A stretch of DNA of 64,000 bases, taken from contig NW_024705044.1 in the NCBI RefSeq assembly GCF_018977255.1, positions 1 to 64,000 on the forward strand, in the 5' to 3' direction. Made by a program: the position numbers and the translations under genes. Source of the DNA: Callorhinchus milii (taxonomy: Eukaryota). Shown in pieces: positions 1-12,700 of this stretch (position 1 is its first letter; each line of letters opens with the position of its first letter). The notes under the pieces were generated by a model. That model did no database searches. It had not been told where the DNA came from and saw only the letters and a program-made list of their open reading frames with translations.

Positions 1-371
1 TTTTTTACGATTCGCTTATGCAACGAGTCCACATCACCACCGCAGCCACTCGGAGCGCTGCAATATCCCCCACAGCGTTACAAAATAGAATTGATCCGCG
101 AATCGAATCGTGGCAATTCGTCAAATCACCTGTGGTGGAGGTTTGGTGGGGGGGGGTTAAGTGGAGGGGGTGAGGTGTGACGCATTCCACCCCGGCTGGA
201 TGTGGGTTATCAGCTGCAAGTACCACCCAGCACGAGGTCCCACTGGTGGCGTCGCGACACACGAATCGACAAGTGCCGGTCACACACATCCCTTACCCTC
301 GTCCTCCTTGCGGCTGCCATGTCGCGTAACGGACAAATGGTCTCGACCAATCGGCCCATACATGCTATTCT

Positions 372-640
372 TTATTCATTCATGTGCATGTATGTATGTT
401 GAACTTCTTTCACACCGTACGTAAGCCAACAGTGCTAATCGGATGTGCGGGGGAAGGACAACAAACTAAACGCAAAAAGCAGCTCTAAAGAAAAATAATT
501 TCAAGATATTAAACGTGGATAGCTCCAGTGGCTTCCTAAAATGGAAGGAAGAGCGTTCCAGACGGCCGCAGAAGCGCATCTGAGAGCACGCAATGATGTG
601 TTAACCATCTTTGTTCGTTGGCTAGCCAAAAGCCGCTGCT
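372..640 (-). mobile_element. L2-clade LINE 3' end fragment
   Basis: The minus strand reads ...RALRCASAAVWNALP..., resembling the L2 ORF2 C-terminal motif (RAFSxAAPxxWNxLP). It is followed by a 3' UTR and a (CATA/TGAA)n-type tail. Clearly homologous copies lie at 55149-55329 and 54385-54433. Confidence 0.7.
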
Positions 641-1734
641 GCGAGGATGACCGGAGTTCTTCGCGCGATGATTTATGCCCCTCGACGAGATCGGCAGCTC
701 CGACGTGAAGTATACGCCACCTATTTTCCCCCATCGTACGAGGGACCCTTCACTCTTTCGCCTCAATCTTAGCCGCCGAGACATTTTCACCCCAATTGTC
801 CCCCGTGCGGAGGCTCGGCCCGAATGAGAAGGGACGCGAGCGGTGAGAGTCGCGGCTTGTAGCCACAACGTCGCGAGAATATTCTGTCGTAATAACTTGC
901 GCGCTGAGCTTAAAAGTCTAGAGGTGCCTCTGCCAGATTCCTCAGTTGAAATGCATTCGTTGAACTCTTCAAAGAGCGTATATTTGTATTCATTTACAAG
1001 TCACGTAATCTTCTATTCCATTATAAAACCTCACTGATTGTCAGCACTTTTGCAGAGTGGTCCTGTTGTTGATTTTATGTTACTTACAACTTTCCTCTAT
1101 ACATCCAAAATGTGTTATTTAGTATTTCAATGTAAGTTATACTTGAGTATGAATCGTTGAATGTTAGAAGTTTGTTCAACGTCATGACTGTTAGATTTAC
1201 ATGTGCGCATGGTTATCGTTTGGTGGCCGAGGTCTCCCTTGCAAAAGAGACTGCTGGTCCCAATGTGATTTGTATAGAGTTGATGATAATAATGACGGTG
1301 ATGGATTGCCCAAGTAAATACCACGCACACAAGGGGAGAACACTCCCATCATATACGGACAGTACTTTAGACTCCCTGTTGCAGTGCATGATTGTGTTCC
1401 CGTGCACGTGATCTCAGTGTGATCCACTAACCCTGCCTCCAATCCGCTGGATTACAGCTATACATTGGCACCGCATCCTGGCAGTATTCCTGCACGCACG
1501 AGCTTCGTTTTCCACCAGCTGAATTGCTGTTCATTCACTGGGTTTACAGCCATGAATAGGAGAGAATAACTCCTCGCTTATTTGAATCACCTTTGCCCTG
1601 TCGCCTCGCCCTCTCTCTCGTACCTTCTGAGCCACCGGCACCACTTTGTGGAGTCAGCAGCACATGTGGGCCTAAATAGATACTTGTCTCCACCATGGGG
1701 AATGGGGGGGGAGGGGTGGCGGTGGACATGGGCC

Positions 1735-1780
1735 AGCAGTAGCGCAGAGGTTCGTGGTTCGAGCCCAGAGGTCACCCTGC
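1735..1780 (+). mobile_element. Degenerate tRNA-derived SINE head fragment
   Basis: B-box-like GGTTCGAGCCC at 1756-1766; no convincing A-box or SINE body. Confidence 0.3.
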
Positions 1781-1885
1781 TCAATAATGCGGCAGTATTA
1801 ACCGTACGTAGGCACCATCTGCTTCACAGTAAACGCAGTCGACGTTGAAGCGTATGCACGTCAAACATCCTTTTTTATATATATA

Positions 1886-1928
1886 TATTTTACCTACGTG
1901 ACTTTACCGAAAAAACCTAAGAGTATGA
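1886..1928 (+). repeat. Fragment of the Penelope-like terminal repeat also at 63507-63710
   Basis: tacctacgtgactttaccgaaaaaacctaagag closely matches tatctacgtgactttgccgaaagaaccgaagaa at 63640-63672. Confidence 0.6.
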
Positions 1929-2979
1929 CTCCTTGGCACGGTATGTAGCGAGCCGTGCTAATCGAAGATGCCAGGAATTAGGCCGCGTGTGCCGGCATCA
2001 CGGTCATAGTCTCCCAACTTTGAACAATCGCTCAGATTGCTTAATTGGGTGAAGCCAAATCACAACATCCACCACCCGCATGCTCGTCTGCGAACGACGG
2101 CAGATTCGCTCTCGCCTTGCTCCACCAAAATTGGAGTATTATAATACACGGCTCGTAAAGAATCGTTGATTATGATTGTTGTTTTTTTTCCCACGAGAAG
2201 CTAAAGCAGCCTTGTGTGTTTTGCCGCAGAGTTTCACGAGCGCTCTTATTCTCTTTTTTAACTTGACCAAATCGAACCGAATCCCCTTCACGGCTGACGT
2301 GCAGCAGAGGTGGCGGAGCCAGCGGTCAGCCGGTGACGGAGAGGGAGTTTCTCCCCTCGTCCTCCCCCTCCCGTCATTGCCCTGACATTGCCCATCCAAG
2401 GCAATAAACGGAGCGCCTCATCCTCGCACAGTTCACTGCACGCAATTATAACGCAGAGAGTCGGGAGGCAGGAGTAGAGTGTAATTGCAGAGATAATAGC
2501 CTTCGACAAGATGCAACCGTTGCCATGGGTAAAGTCGTGTCAGGGTTTTTTAATATATATATCATTTCAACTCCCACTAGAGGACATTGTGTGATGGGAA
2601 GTTTGTGGATTTTATTGCTGTTTGGGTAATTTTTGTTTATTCTTAGTAGTTACTTTGCAGCGGTTAGCGTTAAAGACGCACACTGTTTACTCTGGCGAAA
2701 GTTTTAGCATCCGGGCGGTTTTCTTTTTGCCGGATCGCTCCTCCGAAATCACCTGAGATCGGTCCCTTCGCACGCTACGGCGTAAACATGCCGAGACGTG
2801 GCCTGATAAGCTCTGGCGGCTTCCAACAAAAGTTTTCCCCTCGGCTGGACATTTCTGTTGCACGGGCATGAAACCTCGACTATGCTCACTTCAGCCGCTC
2901 AGTCGGCTGGATTGTGCTCAATCTCATCGGACGCTGGAATCTTGAACTGGGTTGAGACTGGTTAGCACAGCACTTGATA

Positions 2980-3310
2980 AGTAATAATGTCATAATTGGT
3001 TTTTTACCCTTCTATCTGGCAAACAAAAACTGACACCTTTTTACAAGGATTCATGTTTGCATAGACCGCAATACCTGCAGTCATAATACAAACAAAAGAC
3101 ATAACTCTGATAATGTGCACTTCAAATACAGTGCACATTATCAGAGTTATGTCTTTTGTTTCACTTCAAGGACAGTGCACATCAGAGTTATGTCTTTTGT
3201 TTGTATTATGACTGCAGGTATTGCGGTCTATGCAAACATGACTCCTTGTAAAAAGGTGTCAGTTTTGTTGCCAGATAGAAGGGTAAAAAAACAATTATCA
3301 TATTTTTACT
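2980..3310. mobile_element. Fold-back (long inverted repeat) MITE-like element
   Basis: 2992-3120 is the near-perfect reverse complement of 3175-3298. An extra partial inner arm lies at 3131-3161. Confidence 0.8.
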
Positions 3311-3484
3311 GGCAAATGAGGTTCCCATAAAGTAATAATGTCCTTTGTTAAGGAAGTCTCACCGAGTGTCAAGACCCTGTTTGTAGGAGGGTCATGCATT
3401 GGGATGTTTGGCTAGCTTAATTGAGTATTTTATTGAGTGGAAAGAAACTTCTGGCCCAGGAGCAAGAAATAAACATGCTTGCCA

Positions 3485-3696
3485 TGATCATCTTAATCAG
3501 CAGTAATAGCAGAATCCTTGTCAAAAGCAATGTCATCATTGTCACTTTTATCAGCATCATCAGCATCATAATCATCAGCAGCAGCAGCAGCAATAATATC
3601 ATCATTATCATCATCAAGCAGCTGCAGCCAGAACATCACCATTTTCATCGAGAGAATCACAATTATCATCACTGTCAGCAGAAGCAGAAACAACGA
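3485..3696. repeat. Degenerate trinucleotide microsatellite (CAG/CAT/AAT)n
   Basis: Runs such as cagcatcatcagcatcataatcatcagcagcagcagcagcaataatatcatcattatcatcatc continue up to the assembly gap. Confidence 0.9.
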
Positions 3697-3726
3697 NNNN
3701 NNNNNNNNNNNNNNNNNNNNNNNNNN
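3697..3726. other. Assembly gap (30 N)
   Basis: 30 consecutive N bases. Confidence 1.
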
Positions 3727-6700
3727 ATTCACCTACAGTTTCACCCCCCAGAGGGCCCGGTTACGTATAGGTTATCGGTTGGTATAGAGTCTTCCGAATC
3801 ATGCGAGACAAGGTTTAAAATTATAAATCCCCTCGGTCATACAATATAACGCCATGCTTACTGTCATGTGCCGGGTGCCGAAGTGAGGAACCCTGGTTCA
3901 ACTTGATAGCGCAAAAACACGCTGCGCTTACCTGGCCCGCTAATCTTGTTATCCCAGGATAAAGTTGTAAACTTATTCAATCGCGTGATCCGGTCGTGAA
4001 CTTGCCAGCAGCAACGTATCGGGGCACTACGGCTAAGCTGCCCGGTGTTTCGTCTCGGGACGTTAATAATACTCATGGCCAGCTTATAAGTGTGTGTTTA
4101 GAAGCGGCAGAGGTAAAACCCAAACAGGACAATCCTGAATACTTTTAAAGGGGATCATGTAACGACTAGAGGTGCCTTGAGTCTCACCCCTCGATGCTAT
4201 GGTAGTGGGTGAGAGGCGCTTATAACGCCCCACGTGACATTGATATTCGCCTACCCGACGATATGGTGCGAATGATGATTTATATACACGGGTTATCTCT
4301 TTATCCACTAGAATCATTGCATGTGAGGGCGCACAAGGGGCTGCGTTTACTTGGCATCACGTTTCGGCTCATAGTTAAATCAATTGCTTTTCGACCAGCG
4401 GCGGCGGTCTACGACTCGTCTAGAGACAGACAAGTTAGGTTTTTATGTCCCCACAGACAAATCTCAAATCGGGATTAAATCGCCGCACGGCACGGAGGAT
4501 TCAGGGCCCGGGAGTTTAAAAATATTACCATTAGCATGTCAACTCAAGCAGGCGGGCTGTACGGGCATACAAGCAGTCTGGTCCGTCTTCAGGTACGCGA
4601 TTGTAGCTCCAGTGTCAGATTACCTCACTAGAACCGCACAAGCTGCAGGGACGTGGCCTTCGTGCTGCTAAAAAACTCGCATCATTAAGACTAGCTCTGC
4701 GTACTTAACTTCGCGACTTAAGTTGGCATGGCGGATACCCCATCTCAACCTATCAAGTCGGACATTGCGTCCAATTCCTGCGCTTGCACATTGCCCATAC
4801 ATTGTTAGTTCCGTATTAATGGCCGGATGAATGACAGGTATGTTGTTACATTGAGTTGTATTCTTAATCCATAACTCCTTAGCGATGCGAATGTCGTAGG
4901 TGACTCGTCGCCCTGCCTTCTGGTACACGGCACACTCTGCTGATTGGATGGTAGACAATGCTTGATTAAGACTGCTTAGTGATAACCTCTGCTCGATGTA
5001 GCTAGGCTCTAATAGTTAAAGTGTCATCCCTTCTCCGACGGGTCGCGCGAAGAAAGTAGTCTGTGACCTGACACGTTTCTTTGTGGGCGCAGGCCCGGGT
5101 CGCGGCCATAACTTTAAATAGGCGTGGTTGTTGTTAATCTGCCATTACATTAATCCGGCTCACCACATTGCAACTGAGGGCTTGGATCAAAAATACACCT
5201 ATGGCCTAGACGTCGTTATCTGGTTAGAACTTCGATCGTGTGTATTCATGCCCGCTCCCGAGGCCGATAATAGAGTCTCTATGCATTACCCCGGCTGCGT
5301 GTCGGGCAGCAAGAGACAATGGTCAAAGATTTCTATTTATGCTAATTACACGGCCAGCTTGGTCTACCAGCCTCGCCCACGGCACCAGGAATCAAGGCCA
5401 GACCTGGATTACGTCGAAATCGGAACATGTAGGATCGCCAACGAAATCACATACGTAGTCCTCCATTTGCACTCTCACGTAGACGAAAGAAACACGGCAT
5501 TGAAATGATTTTGCATGGGACCTATGTGGAGATGGCGTGTACGAGAATCGTCGGCGCGGATCAACGTCTTAGGGTGGAGCTGTTAATGCCCATTAGAGAG
5601 TATGTTGCAAATTTAACCAGGAGTGCTCTAGGCAACCGGTCTCTCCAATAGCACCGTAAAATCTCGATCAGTATCATCCACGATCCCGTCTGGTCAACTG
5701 TGAAGCATGGAGGCTTGCCTCCTACCAAAGGACACTAACTCTTAAGCGAGAGGTGTGACGCGGTCAGACCACCGAGGGGAGGTAGGTCAGTATGCTGTTT
5801 GTAGCTGAAAGGTCCTTATTTGTATTTAGCGGGCGCCACCAAGGTGATGCTGCCGAGCACAAGTTTTAGAGGACGGAGATATTTCTGCAATGAGCTGGTT
5901 GCCTACTCGCTGCTCCCCAAAGCCAACTGGTATGACGTGACATAAGCGACTTTTTCGGAGAACACGCGCTCTACCTGGATGCTAGTAAATTACTTTTTTC
6001 GCCGAGTCCGATCCTCATCGAGCTGCTGTGGCGCGGTGGGTCTGATCTCATTGGTGATTCATGGTTCGGACCCCCCGGTTCAGAAGTATCAGATTTCTCT
6101 ACGTGGGCTGGGACCGAACACTTAAAGCACTCAGTAAATAGCCCGCTTCTGGCTATGTGCGTCATACAGCAGTCCGCCTAATCACTACGATTTACAGGGG
6201 AAGACATCAGTTGCTCCGGAGGGGGGTGGTCAGGATGCGGTGCCCGCACAAGAGTTGTATATATAATTTACTCGTAGTACCGCGACTCATACTCCCTACG
6301 CAAGCAAGCCTTTTGTCGTAGGTTATGGAGAGGATTGTATGTCTCATCATTGCTGCTCGTCGCGGGTGGGGGCGCTTGCCGCCAGTCCCACTCGTTAAAT
6401 ACCCTACTTGTTACACGGATTGGGCCTCTTCTCTGAGATTGTCATACGTTCCTCACAGCAGTAAGACTGCTAAAACGTCGCGTGCCTCCGTGCAGGCATA
6501 TTACAGCCTGCCTACAAGACTAAAGGTACAATTACGACCGCGGCAAGAGTGTCTCCTTCGTCCATGATCTTAAGTCAACGGGGAGAAGAGCAATAGTCGA
6601 CAATCAACACCAGCCGGTCTCGTCCCAATATCGTACGACACAGCTAGGGTTTCCTGCCGGCCCTCCGGGAGGGTATCGTGCACCGCAGCCATCACATGAG

Positions 6701-9700
6701 TTTGAGACTATGAATCGCAGAATATCGCCTTAGTCACCACACTGCTCCCTGCCCAGCAAAACCCCTTTATCAAGCAAGGAGGACCACGCCCTAAGACACA
6801 AAGGCGTGCCAATCTAAAATCGGAGTGATATTCAATGATTGACCCTAGAATGTAATATCTGTTTGCGGGAGCTGTCCATTATTGGAATCGTGCGTTCAAC
6901 ATAAAATGTCGCCGGAGTGAGGTGGAGCACGCGATGGCACAGCCCACACTGTTTACGTTAAGGGATATCTCGGCGGGGAGGTACCACTATTTTTTCCTCG
7001 GAATTGCAATCCAGCTAGACGCACAAATCTGTTTCCAGATTTGCGATGGAGTACTGAACACAATACGCTAGACTAAGCTTGCTGATGCACCAAGTAATCA
7101 ACGTCAGGCATTAATTAACGCAGGCTTCGGTTTGACTACATTTTTAGCGCGCGTTACCCACCAGAGTCGATGCCAGATAAGTCAACGCCGATCACTACAG
7201 GACTTGACGGGGTTCAGCAGAAAAGTTCGGGAGGGTAGGGAATCTGTCGAGATACGACTCGGTGTAGAAGCTCCAGCCTGTTATTGGGACATCCACATAG
7301 CATGTCGACATCGCGAACCCTATGCACGACTAGGTATCGTGGACTCCAAAGAGCACTTCCGGCTCGCAAATACAGGAGCCAGCTAAATATTCACCTTCCG
7401 CGATCGATATAGTACTAGATACCTCAACCAGAGGCGATGCATACGAAATCGACCGATCTTCATTATGAATTGGGGTTATAGAGCACTAGAAATTTTTTAT
7501 CCGCGCGAGACCATGTGCATAGACGGGATATCCCCACGAGACAGTCCACGACAGTATTTCGAACAGAGTCGCGCCAGACTAAATGTATTTGTGATGTTAG
7601 CGTCCACTCCAGTCAAGATCGGAGAAGGTGCCCCCATATACCACAAGTGTTGACATCAAGGTAATCCTTGGGGTGCATGCCCCAGCGGCATCAAGTATCA
7701 AGCCCTGTGCCAATAGTGAAGTTAGATAGATGACCTACGTGTGGTGGAAATAATAAAACGGAAAAGCACTTGGTTTTCTAAACGGCCCATATGTCGGAAT
7801 GAACGTGACTACGTACGCTAGCAGGTTGGCTAGTACGGCCGAGTGCTAATTGAATACAATTGTGTCCTCGAGGAGCCTCCGAATACTAACTGTCCTGACC
7901 GAGCCTAGTTGGCTCACTGGTCCTTCTAAAATACACCGACCACACACTAAGGTAAGAGCTATATCCCAAATGGCAATATAACGGGACACCATAGTATGTA
8001 GCACATCGTGGGTCCAAAGATCTGCTTGTGCGGAGCTTGTCTTCACGAGATGGCCAATTGAGCGGCGCCTCCTACCCGTAAAAGTACCCAGCGGTTGGAA
8101 ATTGCCTAGTCATTTCTGCGAGGCTATTGAGTGTACTACCCGGTGCGGTTATTCTTATCTTTTGCCAGCTCAGAGCGCTGAACCAGGATAACGCATGACA
8201 GAGTATCACTCATCCACTCCCTTCTAGGAGAGACGTGTCTTTAATCTAAGGCCGTAATCCTCTACTAATGAACCGCCTCTGAGTTATAGGAGCTGGAACC
8301 CCAGGATGCTGGTAACCATCGTTACAAACTTATATCAGCGTTGCGTTCAGTACAGCCCCTCTATCGCCTAGAAGAACTTCGGGATTGGTGGCTGGGAAAC
8401 CGCATACTGTCCCTTTTCCTGTCGTGCTTGTTGCCGGAAGAGAATAATCAAGGTCGTGTATCTAGAGACCATTGCCTGCTCGTACGTGGTCCCCCACTGC
8501 AGAAAGCGTACGGTTACCATGCGAGCACCTTGAACGAGGAAATACGCCGAAGCCTTGCCAGCTTCACAGTTTGACACGGATAAGTAACCGGACAAAACCA
8601 GCCCAGATGGGGAATTGCCCATACGCCATTTACTTAGGTTGATCTAGCAGCGGCCTCGGTCGACCGCTCCCAGCAGGAAGCAAGCGACCCTGTTAGTAAA
8701 AACGGTTCGAAGGGCGGCGCGCACCCAGTCGTCTCGATGAGACTGGCCGCGGAGCCAGCACTTATTAAAAGCGATGGACGTACCGCAAAGCGAATCACCG
8801 TTTATTGAACCCAAGGGCTTTTAAGGAAGGGCATCCGTGAAAGGATTTGTCGTGTATAACCCACTTCGACTCTATCTTCACAGACAGGCCCCCCAGTAGC
8901 AGTTAGGCAACTAAACGGGGGAACGCAGCTAACCTCATCGAGTACCGTAGCGACGATTGTAAATGTATCGGAGTTTTAGACTCCGCCCTCCCTGCGTCAC
9001 GGACGCTAAACCACCCAAGACTTGCGGGAAACCGTAAACCACATTTATAACGTCGTTACGAACCGGTGTTATAGTAGTACGCTTCATCGCTCTGCCCGTC
9101 CGGTGCGATTGCGCCGCTGCCTCTTTCCTGCACAGGCCCAGCCAGCAATTATAGTCTCTTCCAAATTTTTGTTCTTCCTGTACAAGAGATTATAGCGAAA
9201 ACGAAGCAGCGATCCTTCGCCGGTAGACATAGCTTAAAGATCTATGCTCAGTCTTCGTGACGATCGCCGGGAATAAAGACTCTAGCGCACTGAATGCTAG
9301 CTAAGATTCCTGCATTCTGGTCCTTTATTCCAAAACTCCCGAGCATGATCGCGCGGGAGTCTTTAAGCCAGCAGTGTTCTGGGTAAGGCGGAAAAATACC
9401 TGCCAGAGAATCCTGGACCAACCTTAACCGGGAAGAACGTAGACCCTACGCGCAAGGATATAGCTGGCTAGAGTATCATTGCCGAGAAGCACTACCGGTT
9501 GTAACTTCCCGAAGGAGTCACAAGTAGCATGACAAGTCGTACCATCATAGTATTTACCCATGTATGCTTAGCTGGCTATCTCGTGTATCGACTCTCATAT
9601 ACCAATTACTCACGTCTATACAACACTTTTGACGGGACCGTTTAGTTAGGGGCTCGGAGGGTGGTTAAGATACTCCTTATTAGACTTCATCATGCCGTGC

Positions 9701-12700
9701 AATAGGCCGGGGTGGCAAAGGGCACAAAGTATCAATCAAAGATCTTACGGGAGACCTCAAGACTTGTCGCTAAACAGTACTATTAGCCTCAAGCTTAACC
9801 ACGACGAATGATAAGCACTGTTGCTAACAAGAGATGCAGAACGCACCGACCTCCTCGTCGGCGGTCGAAAAAACGTGTCAGACCCCATAAGGGTCAAATA
9901 TTTCCTATAAGATACAATTTCGCACCGACACGAATCTGACCCTAAAAGTCATGACGTCCACGGTCGGTTCATGTTGAATCAAATTGTGGAGAGTTAGGTC
10001 GCAGCGATATACGCGTGACCACCGGCCGTGGGAATGTCACAGGATCGCCAACGTGCAGCGTTGCGAGAGATATTTTTCACTGCCACGTATTGGGTTACTC
10101 TGGAGAACTGGAGCTGGAATCTCTGAAGAATATGACTATGGGCGCAGTTTCAGTCCATCGAACCTTCTAGGAGTACAGGATATCCCGCATAGCGAAACGG
10201 GGATAGTAACAACCCAGGCCTTACCCAAGGTTATTCCTGGCATCTAAGCCAAGCGCCTATAAAGCAGTAAATGGGGTGAAAGTAAATCATATGAGCTTCC
10301 TTCTGTGCTGATAGTTCTTGGAATACAAGATCCTCTTACTGGCCTTAACTCAGGTGATATGGCGGTTGAAAATCCCACTGCCAAGCGTAATAGTGTGCGG
10401 CAGATGCTCGACATAGATACTCTTGAGGCGATATGAATACTTAAACGTAGTAGAGGAGGACTACAGAACTTTAAGATTTTAAGCTATGAATCCTTGGAGA
10501 ATACGACTTAACATTTAGTCAGCCTTATCTCCCTTCAGGCTCACTTATTACTAAGCTGTAGTAAGACATGACCAAGACAGGCGTTTCTCGCTGCTTAACC
10601 ATAGGTGTCCCGTCGTTGTCTCGTTTGAATGCATGCATCTCTTCATCTTTCGGACTGTGGTTGTGCAGACCTCAGGCAGCTGGGAGTACAGACAATTATA
10701 ACAATGGTAAAAGTGGTCTTTTGACTTGAGTCTCCACATATTATGTACATGACGCCTAGCAAGGAAACTATCTCTAGAGATATTATACTGACGGCAGTCG
10801 CACCAGTCAACCGCGGCATCATAGTAGTTTTAACATTAGTATTACTGTACGTGATCACTGACATAGAATCAGCCAGACCGTACTGTTGGTACTCTCTGGA
10901 TCCAGGTGTGCAGACAAGTAAAATATGTGTCTGCTATGCCGCAAAGTATCCCTAAGGGCACGCAATATGGTCCCTCAGGTGGGTACCTATCATTTGACAG
11001 GCTTCGTAATGCTTCAGTAGGATCAATTAGCCATGAGCGTTGTTAGTGCAGCTGAAGGTAAATGCGCATCTCCGGACCTAAGAGCTTGGGGAGTGTGATA
11101 TTTCGTCGAGATCTTAACTCAAGTCGCATGGGTAGAATTTTAATGGAAGGCAGCCAAGGGATTAGAAATTGCACCTTACACTGGTTGATATGGGTGACAT
11201 ATCATAGAGGTCGGCTTTATCTCTAAGATGACCAGCCTGCGGTTAATACAAGGCTGACATCGGGCGAGAGCAGTGGCTTTCTTACGTCAGGCGCCGGCGC
11301 CCATTTAATCTCTCTAACGCAGACGATAAGCTCGTGTGAGAAGCAAAACAACTCAATTCAGCGGGTCGTGAAAACGAATTCTCGTGCGTGTAGCGCGTGA
11401 TTGTTCCAATTCTTTATCGACTTAAGACGTTACGACCTTGATTTGACGAATTAGGCGTGATGCGAGTGGGATGACCTTTACTCGAGTGAGCCCAGCTTAA
11501 TATTCACCGGTCGCTTTTTTAGGCTGAACTTTTGCAGAGATGCGATAGCCAGGGAAAGAGGTCAGGAATCCCATTATAGTCTCACTCCTCCCGGTAGGGG
11601 GGAGCAGAGGGATTTACCAGAATGACTCTAGCACAGCCCTCCCCCCTTGTCCTGAGGTCAACTCTTGCTATGGCCTTCGGGTCGCGGGACTCATGCAGGT
11701 TCGCAAATTTCGCTTGTCACGGACCGAATGGAGGAGCTAGGGCGAGACGGGCATAGGAAAGATTACGGTCATAGATTCTATTAAAAGCTGAGGCTCCGAG
11801 CCCGTAAGCATATTACAAGCGCGGGTCACGCGTAAAGTCGCTTCTGTACTAAACGTTAGTGCGGACTTCACCTATTCCCTCCGATTTAAACGGTGGCTGC
11901 AACGATTTAATGGCAAATGAGCTCACTTTAGAAAGACTGGCGCAGCCTAGAAGGCAAAAGCTACGTTCGATGGGCTGAGTCTTGAGTAGTTAAGATGCCT
12001 GAATCACTGGCTGAAATGTCCCATTAAGACCCGGTTAAAATTAGTTCCGGGCAAGACTGCGCAAGATAGGAGAGATTCACTCATTACTGTTTCAAGGCAC
12101 TGGACATATATTCGCTTCTCGGCGGGCATGTACTTGTAATCTCCATATCCAGAATTCTGAGTGCATATGCGACAGGAGGGGGTCTAATGAATCCAGTAGA
12201 ATGATGTGATGTACTGAACCCCGATGTGGCCACAAGGACCGCAGTTCCAACGTATCGCATGGTATAACGGATAGAGCTTGATGACACACCCATAGACGGT
12301 TTAAGCGAATCAGAGTGGCGTTTGTAGCAGCCCGCCCGACGAGGTATCTGGTCGGTTCCAGTGTTTGTAGTCCCAAGTACGATGGTTGAACACGGGCCAC
12401 CAACTGTCTACTACCGTTCGAGTAGGGATAATTAATAACCCAGCCACTATTGCCAGCGTCAGGGCTCACTGCAACGGGGCCAGAGTCCCGGCGATCCCTT
12501 AACGCCTTTATAGTAAGTAAATGTTCACGCTGATTTCTACTTGCGATACGTTTGCGGCAGCATGACACATTTTCACAGAATTGCCGGTAATGAGCGTCCG
12601 TGGAGCGGTCTAAACAGGCCTTTGTATCGAGCATACCCCTGGGTACTGTCAGAAAGTTCGCACTATCCCTAGTTTGAATTTTGGTGGCATAGACAATCGG

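Noticed and set aside
2519-2533. RFX X-box-like GTTGCCATGGGTAAA
   Set aside because: The second half-site is imperfect and there is no supporting promoter context.
3417-3849. Hydrophobic or low-complexity ORFs (142 aa, 66 aa, 79 aa)
   Set aside because: They are translations of a trinucleotide microsatellite, and two of them read through the N gap.
5431-10053. 13-mer aggatcgccaacg at 5431 and 10041 (similarly gttgtgcagacctc at 10660 and 20927)
   Set aside because: About 19 matching 13-mer pairs and 5 matching 14-mer pairs are expected by chance in 50 kb, and neither match extends.
12092-12634. Longest ORF in the central block (180 aa)
   Set aside because: Its length is about the chance maximum for 50 kb of random sequence, and it has no domain resemblance.
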